NCBI RefSeq assembly: GCF_902652985.1 | Contig: NC_047015.1 | Coordinates: 42,470,001-42,534,000 of the forward strand | Direction: 5' to 3' | DNA length: 64,000 bases | Source of the DNA: Pecten maximus | Lineage: Eukaryota | Shown here: positions 14,319 to 27,741 of the stretch, piece after piece | Layout: the number at the start of each line of letters is the position of its first letter | Numbering within the stretch: position 1 is the first letter of the stretch | The notes under the pieces: model-generated | Told to the model about the DNA's origin: nothing | What the model saw: only the letters and a program-made list of their open reading frames with translations | The model's database searches: none | Position numbers and translations under genes: made by a program

Positions 14319-14324
14319 TTTATA
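14319..14324 (-). promoter_or_regulatory. Putative TATA box of array gene 2
   Basis: TATAAA 104-109 nt upstream of the ATG, inside the 17-mer atactggtctttatatt shared with 3324-3340. Confidence 0.5.
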
Positions 14325-17300
14325 TTAACACCAATATCAATACGCTTTATCACTTACGATGTTAAAGAATGGGATATTGGTATACACCGCAGACAATTGA
14401 TCTGAGGACAGACAATATAAGTATACCGTAAAAAATCAATTCAACTCCTGAAATGCCTCCGAAACAGGCACCTTCGATGGTAATTAGCAGCAACAACGAA
14501 TTGTACCTCATAACATAATAGGTTTTATTTTGCAATTTAAAGGGATAATATCGACGAAATCGACCAAATTATCTATAACGTAAAAGACTGTCAGTGCGTG
14601 TAACCTAACAATAATTGAAGTTGTAATTAGCAGGATTAATGATTGGTCTTAGATCGTTATGTTTTGACAACAAAGGTATACGATAGACGTGTGTACACAT
14701 AAAAAATGGCGATCTGAAGATAAACTGTACATCCTGTTCGAGTGTGTTAGATACGTTTCATTTAATTACAATCAACATATATAAAATTATATTAGTGTAT
14801 TGAGTTATTTTCGTGTACAGAAAATTTGTACATAATGTACATAATGTACCTAAGGCAGTATCATACTAAGGTTTAACTTTCAAAACGGTCGTCAAAATAG
14901 AACTATCAGTAGTTTATTTGCCTTTAGATCTTCGGTTAATCAGCAATAATCACCTCATTAACAAAAGATTTTAATTGATAGACCTAGGCAGATTTTTTCA
15001 TTTACGAATCCTAATAGAGCAGAAAATAAACCAAATATTTTTTCATACTTACGACTTAGTACGTAATCAATTTCACAAACTCGCATGCATACATCAATAC
15101 CACTCACACACTGACATACCAATAGAAATTGTGAGTTAGATACAGTAATAAAAATAAATTAAAAACAAAAAGGATCCACATGTAGCACACCGCAGTTTTT
15201 CCCTCATACTTAACCTTATTATTATTCCATGCGGAGACAAGATGAAAATAAAATGTGGTGGCAGCGAACAACTACATAGAAAAATAACATACGAGGACAC
15301 GTGTTACAAAGACCACCACCACGCGGAGTCGAAACAAAGTACTCTGGAGGTTAACGAATTGCTGTTACATTTTATGTTGTTTCTACAGCTTTCCCTACTC
15401 TCGACCGACCTTCAACCCCTACTGGGGACATTGGCAAAACCTTAGATAAACGCCTGTTCTATACCGCTGGATGTTTACCGTGGGAGGCGACTTAAAGTGT
15501 GCCCCCTGCAGAACCAGGGTTTCTTGTGCCGTCTGTTTTCAGTGACATTAAACAGTCCAACATAATGCCGATACATGTATGCATCACTTAGGACCTTTGA
15601 TATTATTTGTTCGCTCTGTTCTTTGTTTTCTTCCGTAAGAAATAAACAAACAAAACAATAAACAAACACACAAACAGTTGTACGTATCCTATCAACGTGC
15701 GGGAGCTAACTTCAGTTGGTACTTTCCACAAACTGTTTAAAAAACAAACAAAAATTATAATTTATTTAGTAGTTTAGAGCTTGTCTGTTCTGACAAGATT
15801 TTCTAAACGATTGTAGTTTACAAACAAACCAGAGTTGTTCGAAAGATAAACAATAAGTAAGCACCTTAAAATACCAATTTAAGATTTAGATACAGGAGAG
15901 TAACAATGAACTAAACAGCACCATTTAGCTGTTTCATTCTTCTAGGACTCGCCAGTGATGCTACCGGCCAAAAGAGATGATTCCTAGCATTGGACTAAAA
16001 CAGATCGATGGAAATGTCCAAATCTAGATAGGGAAATGTTATAGACCTGTTATTTAATAGCTTTGATATTTCCAATATTGGATTTCCAAATATCGTCAAA
16101 TAAATGTGCATATTCCGAGCTGTGTAACTAGTTAAATCAATTAGTGTGTGACATACAGTTTACAGAAAACGTTTGGCACTAAGCAGGGTCTACTTCCTTT
16201 TAGACTGGAAAATGAGAATTACTCAAACGGAATATAATAACTTACTTACTCTAGTAATGTCATACCGTGAGGTAAGCATTTTATGTTATAAGTAAGTTAA
16301 ATGTCATCATTACGTCTTTTTGCTAAAATATATCGTAAATAGATATTTGATTGGAAGGATATAATATCGTGTCCCTTCCATATTCTGTCTTTAAACAACA
16401 ATTACTAGGAAAATGACATCGTAATTTCATCGTTGCTGTTATTATATATATCTATATGTCAATTTATACATTTTTGAGAAGCTCTGTAAAAATCAATATC
16501 AAAGATCAATCTTATTGGTAATAAATTCTTTAGTTGTGTTAAAAACATTCATAATTTGCACAACTAATTCCTAAATTGATTTGTACGTGTGTATTGTATT
16601 AAAATGTAATAGTTTGATATTCGATTGAACTATTTTCAGAAAAGATAATGAAAATGGATAATTGATAAAAATAGAAATGATCAGATACATTAAAAGAAAT
16701 ATGCATATAAACTATGTGTATAAGATAAATATATTTCGTCAATATGATTCAGGTGTTATACCAAATTGATCACTGATTTGCGACCCTAATCTTTATTGTA
16801 AAGCTTCAGTGATTCTTCTATGAGTACGTAAAATATATTGTAATTTGCATTAAGGGTCAACAAATATTAATTCTTAATGCCAAACGAACCTACCGTCCCA
16901 ATTGCAATATTCGAAAGGGACGACTTATTTTGAACCCCTTTCTCTTCTTACTACACATATTTTTCTTCTATTTTCTCCATTACTACTCTTTCATCATTTG
17001 GCCTTTAGCTGAGCGTTCCCCGCTCTGAGGGAGGTCATGGGTTCTGTATCTGTTTCTGTCTGCTTGTTGTGTATCTATAAGGATTGAAAAAAAGATAATT
17101 CGATCTTAGTACCTTTCAATCAAAAAATTAAAGGATGATTTAGTTGACCGAAATGAATGAAACTGTATCAAGTAGCCGTTTTGTTCTCCTAGGACTCATC
17201 AGTCATGATGAGGGCCTAAACATGACAAAGACACATAGTGATTTAATAATTGTTTTCGCATTAGTATTTGTATTCTGAATATGTAAAATAATATACCATT

Positions 17301-17424
17301 TATCTTGATGGTAAACAAAGAAGAATTCTGAATACTAAACGTTACAGCATATATGTACCAGCTGTATAACACCCCCCACCCCCCCCTGGCAACCGTGACA
17401 CTACCTCAAGTTTAGTCATTAATT

Positions 17425-17700
17425 GCGCGCTCACATCTGTTAGCTAGGTTACGGATTCATTCTCCTGGCCAGGACAATGCAATGTCTACAAAATTGGTTC
17501 TTGCTACTCCCTGCTTGACATTCGGCTACAAACCTGTGTGTAGGGATTGGTTCGCCGATATAATGTGACCAGGTTAAGTGTAATGCTACAATGTCCAGTT
17601 GTGTGTATTTCAGTGTGACGGCACTTTTTATTGGACCATATGTCGTTATTTAATTACCTGATTGTGTTATTAGGTCGTAAAACAACGCTAAACAACCAAA
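17425..17700 (+). mobile_element. Degenerate SINE-like repeat
   Basis: Contains aaattggttcttgctactccctgctt...gattggttcgcc...tataatgtgacc...tttcagtgtgacggcact, which resembles conserved central domains of invertebrate SINEs; highly diverged. Confidence 0.35.
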
Positions 17701-17786
17701 ATCATGCGTGATCATAATTTAGTGGAATATTGTCAGTGTGAACTCCTTTGAAACAAGACTACCACTGAACTAGACAGGTCTCACAA

Positions 17787-18882
17787 TTGGTAGATTTAGA
17801 CGATATGTTATTCCTACTATATTAACTATTGTCTCATTAACAGTCTTCACACTGAACTGAACAATACGGAAAACAATACATCAAATCGTCTCCCGATGGA
17901 AGGCCAGGTAGCGACCTTACTATACGATCCAATATGTCTACGGGGTGTTTCCTCTCAGGCTCCACCTTTCTATCACCGATAACTTCTTGTTGCTTCCCTA
18001 TTTTATAGCAGTAAACCGACCATTGTGGTACCGGTTTGTCATCGCTTGTATTATATATACAAAGCGTCGTTATCTCTGCCAGGACAATAAAAGCGCTGAA
18101 GATAAGTTTAATCACCAGGGAAATCGTGAGAATGGATACCGGGTCACTGGTGTTTGGGATACTGTCCAACATTATTGTCATGAACATTGTCAATGTTAAA
18201 AGCATTGTAGTGGCGAACGACACTCTCTTCCCGGAATCCGCTGGCAGAATAAACGCCAATAAGATTGCGAAATTTAGCAAGCAAACTGGTAAAATGATTG
18301 TATATACCAAATATGTCGGTCGCTGCTCTAAAGTAAATGACGCTTCTACAGTTGAGGTATAGTTTATAGTGATGTAACCATTTCGTTTTAAACTCCAAAA
18401 CAAATTTCAATATATTGAACATCTATAACTTGTGAATGAAAATTGACCAGAGTATACGGGTTCATCGCTAAAACTATAATTGAGCAATGATGGACGTCAT
18501 ATGGATAGTAGGTTATATTCACCGTACAGGACGAGGTCACGATCTCAGTAGCTATAGCTAAGCAAACCCTGAAGAAAATACAGTGATAGATGATGTCGTT
18601 GTAAGAACCACGTTGTCCACACCACTTGCTGCAGTTATAACAGGAAAGGAAAACAAACACCAATGTTGTACATTTGCCTGCAACTGCGTCAAAATCTTGA
18701 AAATATGTCATCGGGTATATAAACGTCATACTCATCGCATTGTCCTTGCTTTGTATAGGACTTATGAACCTGGAATAGTTAGAAAATAGATCGGTTTTGG
18801 GCCTTGCCATGTCGTCATAAGACCCAGCATATGTGCGCACAATGATGCCCAATAACACCATTACTAACGTGCCATTCTTCAT
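17787..18882 (-). pseudogene. Decayed Cys-loop subunit (array gene 3)
   Basis: Signal peptide plus GSYDDM start, Cys-loop CTVNITYYPYDVHHC, M1-M3 and M4 are all recognisable. It carries an internal ECD deletion (WxD...VWSP segment missing), several frameshifts (~18640, ~18560, ~18406, ~17945, ~17850) and a -1' E-to-K change (SGKRVS). Confidence 0.9.
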
Positions 18883-18984
18883 TCATATCTGAATGCTGTA
18901 ACTCAACCACCACTTTCAAGTAAAGAGTGTCACACTAGAAATGGGGGAATGTAAATACTAGGTCGTACACATTGTTTCTCTGAC

Positions 18985-18990
18985 TTTATA
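18985..18990 (-). promoter_or_regulatory. Putative TATA box of array gene 3
   Basis: TATAAA 103-108 nt upstream of ATG 18882. Confidence 0.45.
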
Positions 18991-19138
18991 TGGTCCCCTT
19001 GTTTCAACTTTTAGTAAAGGGTGCATGTACATAAAAAAAACAACACTTTAAACTATTTGCAATACATCTTCCATGTTATCCTTGATTGAGCGAAAAGAAA
19101 GTTATCAAATGTCATTAATGTGCTTCAGGAAATTTTAA

Positions 19139-19230
19139 GGGAAGGTAAATAAAGTCGTTCTCGCCACAGATAAAATCCAGGAAAGTTGAAAGGAAAGTAA
19201 ATAAAGTCGTTCTCGTCACAGATAAAACCC
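19139..19230. repeat. Two-copy direct repeat (52-bp period)
   Basis: ggaa(g/a)gtaaataaagtcgttctcg(c/t)cacagataaaa occurs twice. Confidence 0.85.
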
Positions 19231-19889
19231 TTGACAAAGAGAAATATCAATGACGACATTTCTGAATTACAGGTCTTTCACAGAGCATTCTAAGCTTAAT
19301 GTAAATATATGTCCATGAAAGGTAACTCTAGGATCCAGACGTAAGCCACTGCTTTTACATCCTCCGGGTGAAGTTTTTTTCACATATCGAATGGTGCTAG
19401 ATCGGCTGATGGCGTCTGGTACCTTTGTGTTAACTAACAATATAGATTCAAATTGTGTAAATATGTAGTTTGTGGGTCATTAATGAAATGAGAACATTAA
19501 TGTTGTATCAGCAGCATGCTATTAGCCTCATTTCAATATGTTAGTCAGTATTTGGTACTTCTGTTGTCTGCTAGGCAATTACAGTAATCTACATCTCAAC
19601 ATAAAATCTATGGTATACCATATGTTATAGAATGATTCCTGTGTCGTTGTACAATATATTTGACAATCAATAATTATCTTAAATTTACAACTACCTATCG
19701 GTCAGTCAATTCAGAGATATTTCTGCGCCAAAAAGAACCAACCAACGCATTAAAATGGGATCGTATTCCAATTACTCATATGATCTTATTCCAATTACTC
19801 ATTTTCCAGGTCATTTGATATTCAATTTGATCGCACCGTTCAATCATACGACATCTGAATTGATTGTGCAAATGCTAGCTTTTCACGCC

Positions 19890-20260
19890 AACAGAACAAT
19901 GACTACAGTCGATAAGACGGAAATTAGCATTGGTTGTAGTCATGTAAACGGTAAACCAGTAACAAACTAATCCCGTCAAAACATTGACTACAATCAGTGA
20001 GGCGAAACCTAGGACAGAACCTAGACAGAACACTGACTAGAGTCAGTGGGAAGAAACCTAGAAATTGTTGGAGTCATGTAGGCGATAACCAGTAACAAAC
20101 TAATACCGACAGAACATTGACTACAGCCAGTGAGACGAAACATAGAAACGGTTGGAGTCATGTAGGCGGTAAACCAGTAACTATGTACCGCCGACAGAAG
20201 ACTACAGTTGGTGAGACGAAACCTAGTAATGGGAATGTAGGGGCGGTAAACCAGTAACTA
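19890..20260. repeat. Degenerate tandem repeat, ~85-bp unit, ~4-5 copies
   Basis: Recurring acagaacattgactacag...gagacgaaacctag...gtcatgtaggcggtaaaccagtaac blocks. Confidence 0.8.
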
Positions 20261-20474
20261 ACTAAATGCTATTATCAGATCATGAAGAGTTAATATGTTT
20301 GTTGGGAAAAAAAACAGAAAAAAAAGTATAAACATTACAATTTATGAAGTAATATAGTTCAGATTGCAAAGGAGGAACCATTTAAATCGAAGGGAAACGT
20401 TAAACATGTTGTATTTGAGAATATTTACGTCATTTAAATAAAACATGAGTTTGGATTGTTAATACCGCCTGAGT

Positions 20475-20634
20475 TTGGTAGATTTAGACGATATGTTATT
20501 CCTACTATATTAACTATTGTCTCATTAACAGTCTTCACAGAACTGAACAATACGGAAAACAATACATCAAGTCGTCTCCCGATGGAGGGCCAGGTAACGA
20601 CCTTACTATACGATCCAGTATGTCTACGGGGTGT
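20475..20634 (-). pseudogene. Orphan M4-coding fragment, near-identical copy of the 3' end of gene 3
   Basis: 160 bp matching 17787-17948; translates KVVTWPSIGRRLDVLFSVLFSSVKTVNETIVNIVGITYRL. Confidence 0.9.
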
Positions 20635-22141
20635 AGATTTGCTAAACTATGCTCTCTGGAGCAATGAATGCCCCCCCACCCCCCTTCAGAAAATTCTTTA
20701 ATGACAAATAGTGTCAGGTTATTCTTAAATCGCCAAAGAAAATCGGAAGGATCTCGATTGAGGATCACTGATTAGATATTAAGAAGTACCCATTATTGTA
20801 TATCAATGTGTTTATGATATTGATTTGCCTATTGTTAATTGATGATTAGGAAATTTAAGAACCGCCAAAAAAGTGTCATTGTATGTATATACATATGATG
20901 CAAGATGTTATTGCTGTTTTACAAAGCACGTAATGCGAACAAAATACACTGTATGCACTTCATAAGTACACTGATACAATCAATCAATCTGTTTATTAAA
21001 GTACCATATATCAGAATATCATTGTACAAGTATATAGTTACAAAGTATATCTAACCAGTATAAAATACTGATATGCTAAAAAGAACTGTTACACTAAGTA
21101 TTTTTAGATAAATAAATCCAATCACAAATTATAATCCAGAGAGCAGGTGAAAGATAATATGTTTATTTGGTTTTAAATGTATGTACATGTATTGTTTTCC
21201 CCCTTGGTTTTAATATTTTCATGTCAATCATTTAACAGTACACTGATACAAATAATGTTCATATTGCATATTGCAAAAAAAAAAAAAAAACAGAAATCTA
21301 TTCCCAATAACAATGCCCAATAAGTGAGGATAAACACTAGTTTTTTAAGTATATATCACTACTTGAATAAAGGAAATATGGAAATGGCTTCCATTGTCTG
21401 ATGTGTTTGTTAAGTTATCGAGCGAACTGATGTCATTCAGCATTGATTTCTGTGATCCTTGCTCTATATTTACACACATGAAATGTTATCCACTGTGGGT
21501 TTCCGTGCAACACAATATATTTTGCTTTACTAAAGGCGGTATGTGTTAGAATTGGTAATATGTGCGAAGATGATGAAACAAGTTTTGTTATAAACATTCA
21601 TCTTGCTTTCCTCATTAAGTTCATATGGAATCTTGTCAAAACGTTATTATTGTAACATTATCTAGATTGTATTCATATTTCTTTGAATATAGGAGATCAC
21701 AAAGGAATCTATTTGGTTATATAACAACACCCTTTCAATGCACGTATTATTGTTTCGAATATACATTTTTCTTTGTGCTGCTTTGATTTAAATCTTTGAT
21801 AAATGAAGAATAAAACAATGTCAAATCCATGTTCCGTACTTCTATTAGTTAAATCGATATATATACATAATATATATCATACCTTGAGATATTGCATAAT
21901 TTAAACAGCGTATCTGAATTTCATATACGCATCCTTTCTAGTAACAAATGAATGTCGGTCACGTGACTGGGGAAACAATCGAGTTATTTAGCTGCCAAGA
22001 AAACTGCGAAATACTGAACTCCGAAGTAGGAAAGTCTGAAAAAAATGGGCTGGTGTACTGCATAGCAGCCCCCTACAAGACCACATACAGAAAATAACTT
22101 CAAATTCGGCGGATACACGGCGTAATCAGCGTCGGAGAACA

Positions 22142-23200
22142 ATGGCGGCGTCCCTAGAAACGCACAGCGAAAGACCCGGGGAAGACTTCCTGGATCAAAA
22201 AGCGGATCTAAAACTAATCAGGAACCACTGTCAACAGGCTCTGACTTCGCCACCAACTTTAATTTGCCAACAAATAGCGATGAAGAGGATATCGGATGGA
22301 CATGCAAGGATTGTAGCACCCTCTTTGACGACCCGAAAGCCGAAATGCTAGAATGCGAACGCTGTCGTTCCCACCACTGCATTGGATGCTTAGGGAAGTC
22401 AAAACAAGAATACAAGATTCTGCAAGACTCTGACTACATGTGGTTTTGTAGTGCTTGCATACCAAAGGTCAAGAAAAATATCGTTACGGATATGAAAATT
22501 GAAGAGCTGTGCCAAGCTATCTTGGAGAAATGTGAGAACAGGATATCAGAATTAGAAAGAACGATGAAAACAAAATGCGATGAGGATACTGTGCGTAAAT
22601 TAGTGAAGGATTTGAGAGGCTCGGATCAGGTAAACCCAGTCGAATGGCCAAGGCCACAGGAAGCAGGAGCGACTAAGTCGCAACCAACTTCAAACATTAC
22701 AAATATAATGTCCGAAATCAATGAGAGAAAATCTAGGGAATGTAATATTGTAATATATGGCATTCCAGAACATGAATCCTCAAACAGGGACGAAAGAATA
22801 GCACACGACAATGGAGTTGTCAAAGATATTCTTAGTACATGCGACACCAACATCAATGAAGGAGAAACTGTCAAGTGTTCCCGACTTGGCAAATACAACA
22901 AAGAATGCACAAAGGAAGAACGAAATCATAGACCTGTGCTGGTATCGCTGGGTAACCTGGAAACCAAAAAATCAATTTTCAAAAACATGAAGAACCTAGC
23001 TAAAGAGGAGAAATTTAATAAGGTGAAACTAAGCAATGATTTAACAAAAGCTGAGCGAGAACAAGAGAAAAAACTATGGGAGGAAGCTAAACAGAAACGT
23101 CAACAGAACCCGTCGGGGGGGATTCACATACAAAGTTCGGGGCCCACCCTGGGCCAGAAAAGTCACAAAAGTGAGGACCCCAACAGGCCAACACGACTAA
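22142..23200 (+). CDS. LINE ORF1 (PHD finger, coiled coil, RRM-like domain), frameshifted
   Basis: CKDC..CERC..HCIGC..WFCSAC PHD pattern; NIVIYGIPE and RPVLV motifs. ATG 22142 is 1 nt out of frame. Removing one G from the G7 run (23115-23121) restores the C-terminus FTYKVRGPPWARKVTKV...* (TAA at 23198-23200). Confidence 0.8.
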
Positions 23201-23250
23201 CAGAATCCAACAGCCACAAAAAACAAACTTCAATTGAGAATCTTAAATGT

Positions 23251-26127
23251 ATGTACACCAACGCCGATCAACTGAAAAACAAAATGTCGGAACTAAACAT
23301 CAGGGTAAATGTGATAAAACCAGATATAATAGGTATCACAGAGGTAAAAGCAAAAACTAGAATACAAAATATGAAAGCTTCAGAATACTTTTCAGACGAA
23401 AACACGAACTACAAACTGTTTAGCAAGAACATTGAAAATAAGGAGGGCAGAGGACTGATATATTTCATAAACTCGAAACTGAAAGCAGAGGAAGTAAACA
23501 TGGAATCATCATTCCAGGAAAACCTTTTCGTCGAAATAAGTATAAACAAAAGCACAAAAATCCTAGTAGGTCTCATTTATAGATCGGACTCGGGGACCGC
23601 GGAAAACAATAAGAAATTACAAGATCTAATAGAAGAGACAACACAGAAAGGCTATGCAAAAATATTATTAATGGGAGATTTTAACTACCCAGGAATAAAT
23701 TGGGAGACATGGAACACGAGAGGAGAAAGTACCGAAACACAGGAATACAAATGCATGCAAAAGCTACAAGACAATTTCTTTTTCCAACACGTGCAAGAGC
23801 CGACCAGATGGCGAGGAAAAGATAACCCACATATCGTTGATCTTCTTATAACAAGAGATGAACACTCGCTCTCAAGTATAGAATACCAAAGCCCACTCGG
23901 AAAGAGTGGCCACTGTGTCCTAATTTTTAATGTAATATGCAATATAAAAGTAAAACTAAGGAGTAAAAAGAAAATCTGTTATAAAAATGCTGATTTCGAT
24001 ACTATCAACAATGAATTAAACAAGATGAATTGGGATGAAGAATTACAGAGTTCAGGAAACATAAACGAAAATTGGATTATATTCAGAAAAATCATAAAAG
24101 AAGCAGAGAATAAACATGTACCGACAAAAATAATCACAGTTGGGAGGAACAACAAACATAGCTTTCCTGCAGACCAGGCAACACTGGAGGCCATCAAAAA
24201 GAAACACTCCCTTTTTCGAAAGGCGGCATCAAGTAAAGACATGGAAGTTAGAAACCAATATAATAAAGCCAGAAATAAAGTAAGGAAATTAACCCGTAAT
24301 TCAAGGAAAGAGTATGAAAAAACATTGCATTAAAAGCCAAAACGGATCCTAAAGCAGTTTGGAATTATATTAAATCTAAATCAACAACAAAGTCGGAAAT
24401 CGGAGATTTGTATACAAAGACCAACGACAAAACCTCAACAAAAGTATCATCAGATATAGGGAAAGCGAATAAATTCTTCAGTAGTGTATTTGTAAAGGAA
24501 GAAGTTGAAGTAACTCCACAACTAAACCAACGGGAAGTTATTGAGGAAATGACAACTCTGAATAATACAAGGGAGAAAGCATTTAAACTACTGATCAACC
24601 AAAAACCGGAAAAGTCATCTGGACTGGACGAACTCCATCCAATGTTTCTCAAAAATACAGCCTCGTCATTATCAGGCCCTTTAACAATAATATTCAATCA
24701 ATCACTATCAACAGGAACTCCCAGACGATTGGAAAAAATCCCGTGTGAGTGCTATCCATAAGAAAGGCGATAGAAGTGAAGCAGGCAACTACAGACCAGT
24801 CAGTTTAACATCAGTGGTATGCAAAATTCTGGAGACATTAATAAGGGAACATTTAACCAAATTCATGAGATCCAACAAATATTTTTCGGATAAACAATAT
24901 GGGTTTATATCTGGAAGATCAACAAGTCTTCAGCTTTTGGAGGTTTTGGATATATGGACAGAAGCCCTGGATAAAGGACAGGTTGTAGATTGTATTTACA
25001 TGGATTACCAGAAGGCATTCGATACAGTTCCACACAATAGACTCCTCAATAAACTAAATTCATACAACTTCTCCAACCAAATAATCTCTTGGATAGCAAA
25101 ATTCTTAAAAGGTAGACAACAAAAAGTAACTGTGAATGGTGCAGACTCTGACTGGACTGAAGTCACATCAGGAATTCCTCAAGGCTCAGTGCTAGGACCA
25201 TTAATGTTTGTCATCTTTGTAAATGACCTCCCTGAAACAGTTCAATCGGATATGTACCTTTTTGCAGACGATACCAAAGTATTCAAAATAATAAAAAGCG
25301 AGCACGACAGTGCAGAGCTTCAAAAGGATCTGGACACAATGTGTAAGTGGAGTGATACATGGCTACTTAAGATGCACCCAGACAAATGCAAACATATGAG
25401 AATAGGCAAGGGTAAAGGAAGAGGACATGATGAACCCGAACCGGACTACCATCTCAACGGGAAATACCTGCAGAAAACCAAACAAGAGAAGGACATAGGA
25501 GTAATCATCGACTCCGAGCTTTCGTTTGACGAACATATATCTGAAAAAGTTAAGAAAGCGAACTCTATGTTTGCACTCATCAGAAGGACTTTCCAGTTTA
25601 TGGACACCAGGTCTTTTATCCCATTATATAAATGTCTGGTAAGATCCCAACTGGACTACGCTAGTCCTGTGTGGGCACCTCACTTACAAAAACACATTGA
25701 CAAGATAGAAGGGGTTCAAAGAAGAGCAACCAAGTGTCTCCCGGGAATGAAGGAATTGACCTACAGCGAGAGGCTGGAAAAACTCAAACTACCAACTTTG
25801 GCATTCAGAAGAATTAGAGGAGATATGATAGAACTGTACAAAATAATAAGCGAAATATATGATAAAGAATGTTTTAATGGTATCATTTTATGGAAGAATG
25901 CTGCTGAACGCAACAGTACCAGAGGACATACCAAAAAAATATTCCCTAGACTATCCACAAATATGCTAAGAAAAAACTACTTTTCAAACAGAACAGTGTC
26001 AATCTGGAATAAATTGCCAGAACAGGTTATATCAGCATTAAATGTAAACTCCTTCAAAAACAAGCTAGACGATCACTGGAAAAACCAAGAACTTTTCTTT
26101 AATTACAAAGCATCAATTAAATCATAA
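23251..26127 (+). CDS. LINE ORF2 (APE endonuclease plus reverse transcriptase), two frameshifts
   Basis: YTNAD, ITE, GDFN and SGH (for SDH) endonuclease motifs; NYRPVSLTS, DYQKAFD, GIPQGSVLGP and FADD RT motifs. Frameshifts at the A-run 24317-24322 and at ~24716; start position uncertain. Confidence 0.92.
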
Positions 26128-27741
26128 ACAATGTATAGTAGACCGGACAGAAGTACTATATCAATCTCATGTATTATTTTGAGTCTGGTATAGAGGACTT
26201 TAAAAGTCCTGAACCAGAAATAAACTTATCTTATCTTATCTTATTAGAATAGTTAACAAAATAACACAACATATAAGCAATTTAACGCATAATGTATTGA
26301 ACAAAATATAAATATGGACAAAAGTCAGCGGTCTATACATTTATCCTTATAAAATGTACAGCAACAACAGATATTAATACTTCTCGTTAGGTGTATAGTG
26401 TTACAGCTGTTATGTCAATTGAACCAACGATCTGCAACTAGTCCAGTAATCAATAACATACGACCAGTAACGCAAATAATCAATAACAGTTAAAACATGA
26501 TTATTTGCTCTTGCATAATATTTTGTCCAATTTTTTCATGTTAAATCAATAGATTGTCGAATAAATACATTTCAAAAGGATGAATCTATCTAGGAAATGT
26601 AACATATGATTTCTTTGAAAATATAATATTGAATTAGTTCCAGTTGTACATGTAGAAAACAAAATAGCATCAAATATATAATTTAATCGATATATACTGT
26701 AGTTAATAGAAATGACATACAACACATATTTATGATTATGTAATCCTGAAGCTGTCTTTTAAACAATCATCTCTGTTTTCCAAAGTTGTACACTATCATT
26801 ATCTTTACATGAAGCAGGAAGATTCCGTATATTGTCGTTAGGTGTCGTAAGTTGTCCAGTATAAGAAAGAGTTGTTTCGGAAAGTTACGGTGATTGGTGG
26901 GAAAAAAAAAGATGATGTGATATAAATTTATATGCAACCCCAGATAGATATAATAAATATTTTTCGATCTTTTCAGTGTAGCTTCTTGATGACGTAATTA
27001 AGAATTCTTGCACACATAACAAATTTTGCAGAAACTTTTCAAAGTGAACGTCGAGGCCAAAAATAGTATGGATTGATAAATTAAGGATCTTTAAAAGGAG
27101 GGGATGTAATATGAAGTTTATCAAACGAGTTCAGTAATTTGATGTGTCTCTAAGCAAGTCAATGTGAAACTATTGAATATAATTTCATAGATCATTTGTC
27201 TTACTTTTTTATATGCTTCAGGAGTTAATTGAAATTAAAATCGTGATATTTGGTGTCTTTCGACTTCTTTTGGGTATTCATTCTTGTCCTTAAACGAATG
27301 CCAGACAACATTGAATATTCTCTACAGCAGCACTGAATTTGTTCTAACAACGTTTGACTCTATTAGCAATACAAATTCGGTATTGTTATATAATGACCGT
27401 ATTACCAATTATGTTCGTGATCATGCAAATTGGTTCGTCAATGATTCAAATGACGTCCAATTCATAAATGTTGTTCTTCTAAACTTTATAAATTCGATTC
27501 TAGCGTTACATAAAATGCTTAAATTAGAATTGTTTGAAATATTTACAGTAGATATGAAATATTTACAAATACCAATTAGATAATATACAAATACGGGGCA
27601 AAAAAAATAAAATAAAAAAATAAATAAAAAAAAAAACACATCAAAAAGAGGAAAGTACGAACCAGGCACATCTATGTATCTATGTATCCTGTGAGTTACT
27701 CCCACACAGTCCCTCAATTCTAAATAAAGACATTTCTCAAA

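Larger units (their letters stand above)
21958..26244 (+). mobile_element. Near full-length CR1-group LINE retrotransposon
   Basis: ORF1 with PHD finger, ORF2 with APE endonuclease and RT, short 3' UTR ending in a (CTTAT)4 tail at 26225-26244. The 5' end is approximate and no TSD was seen. Confidence 0.93.

Noticed and set aside
22264-24333. 689-aa PHD-endonuclease 'fusion protein'
   Set aside because: Produced by one extra G in the 23115-23121 run joining LINE ORF1 to the overlapping ORF2 frame. The normal ORF1 end (VRGPPW) is present in the adjacent frame.
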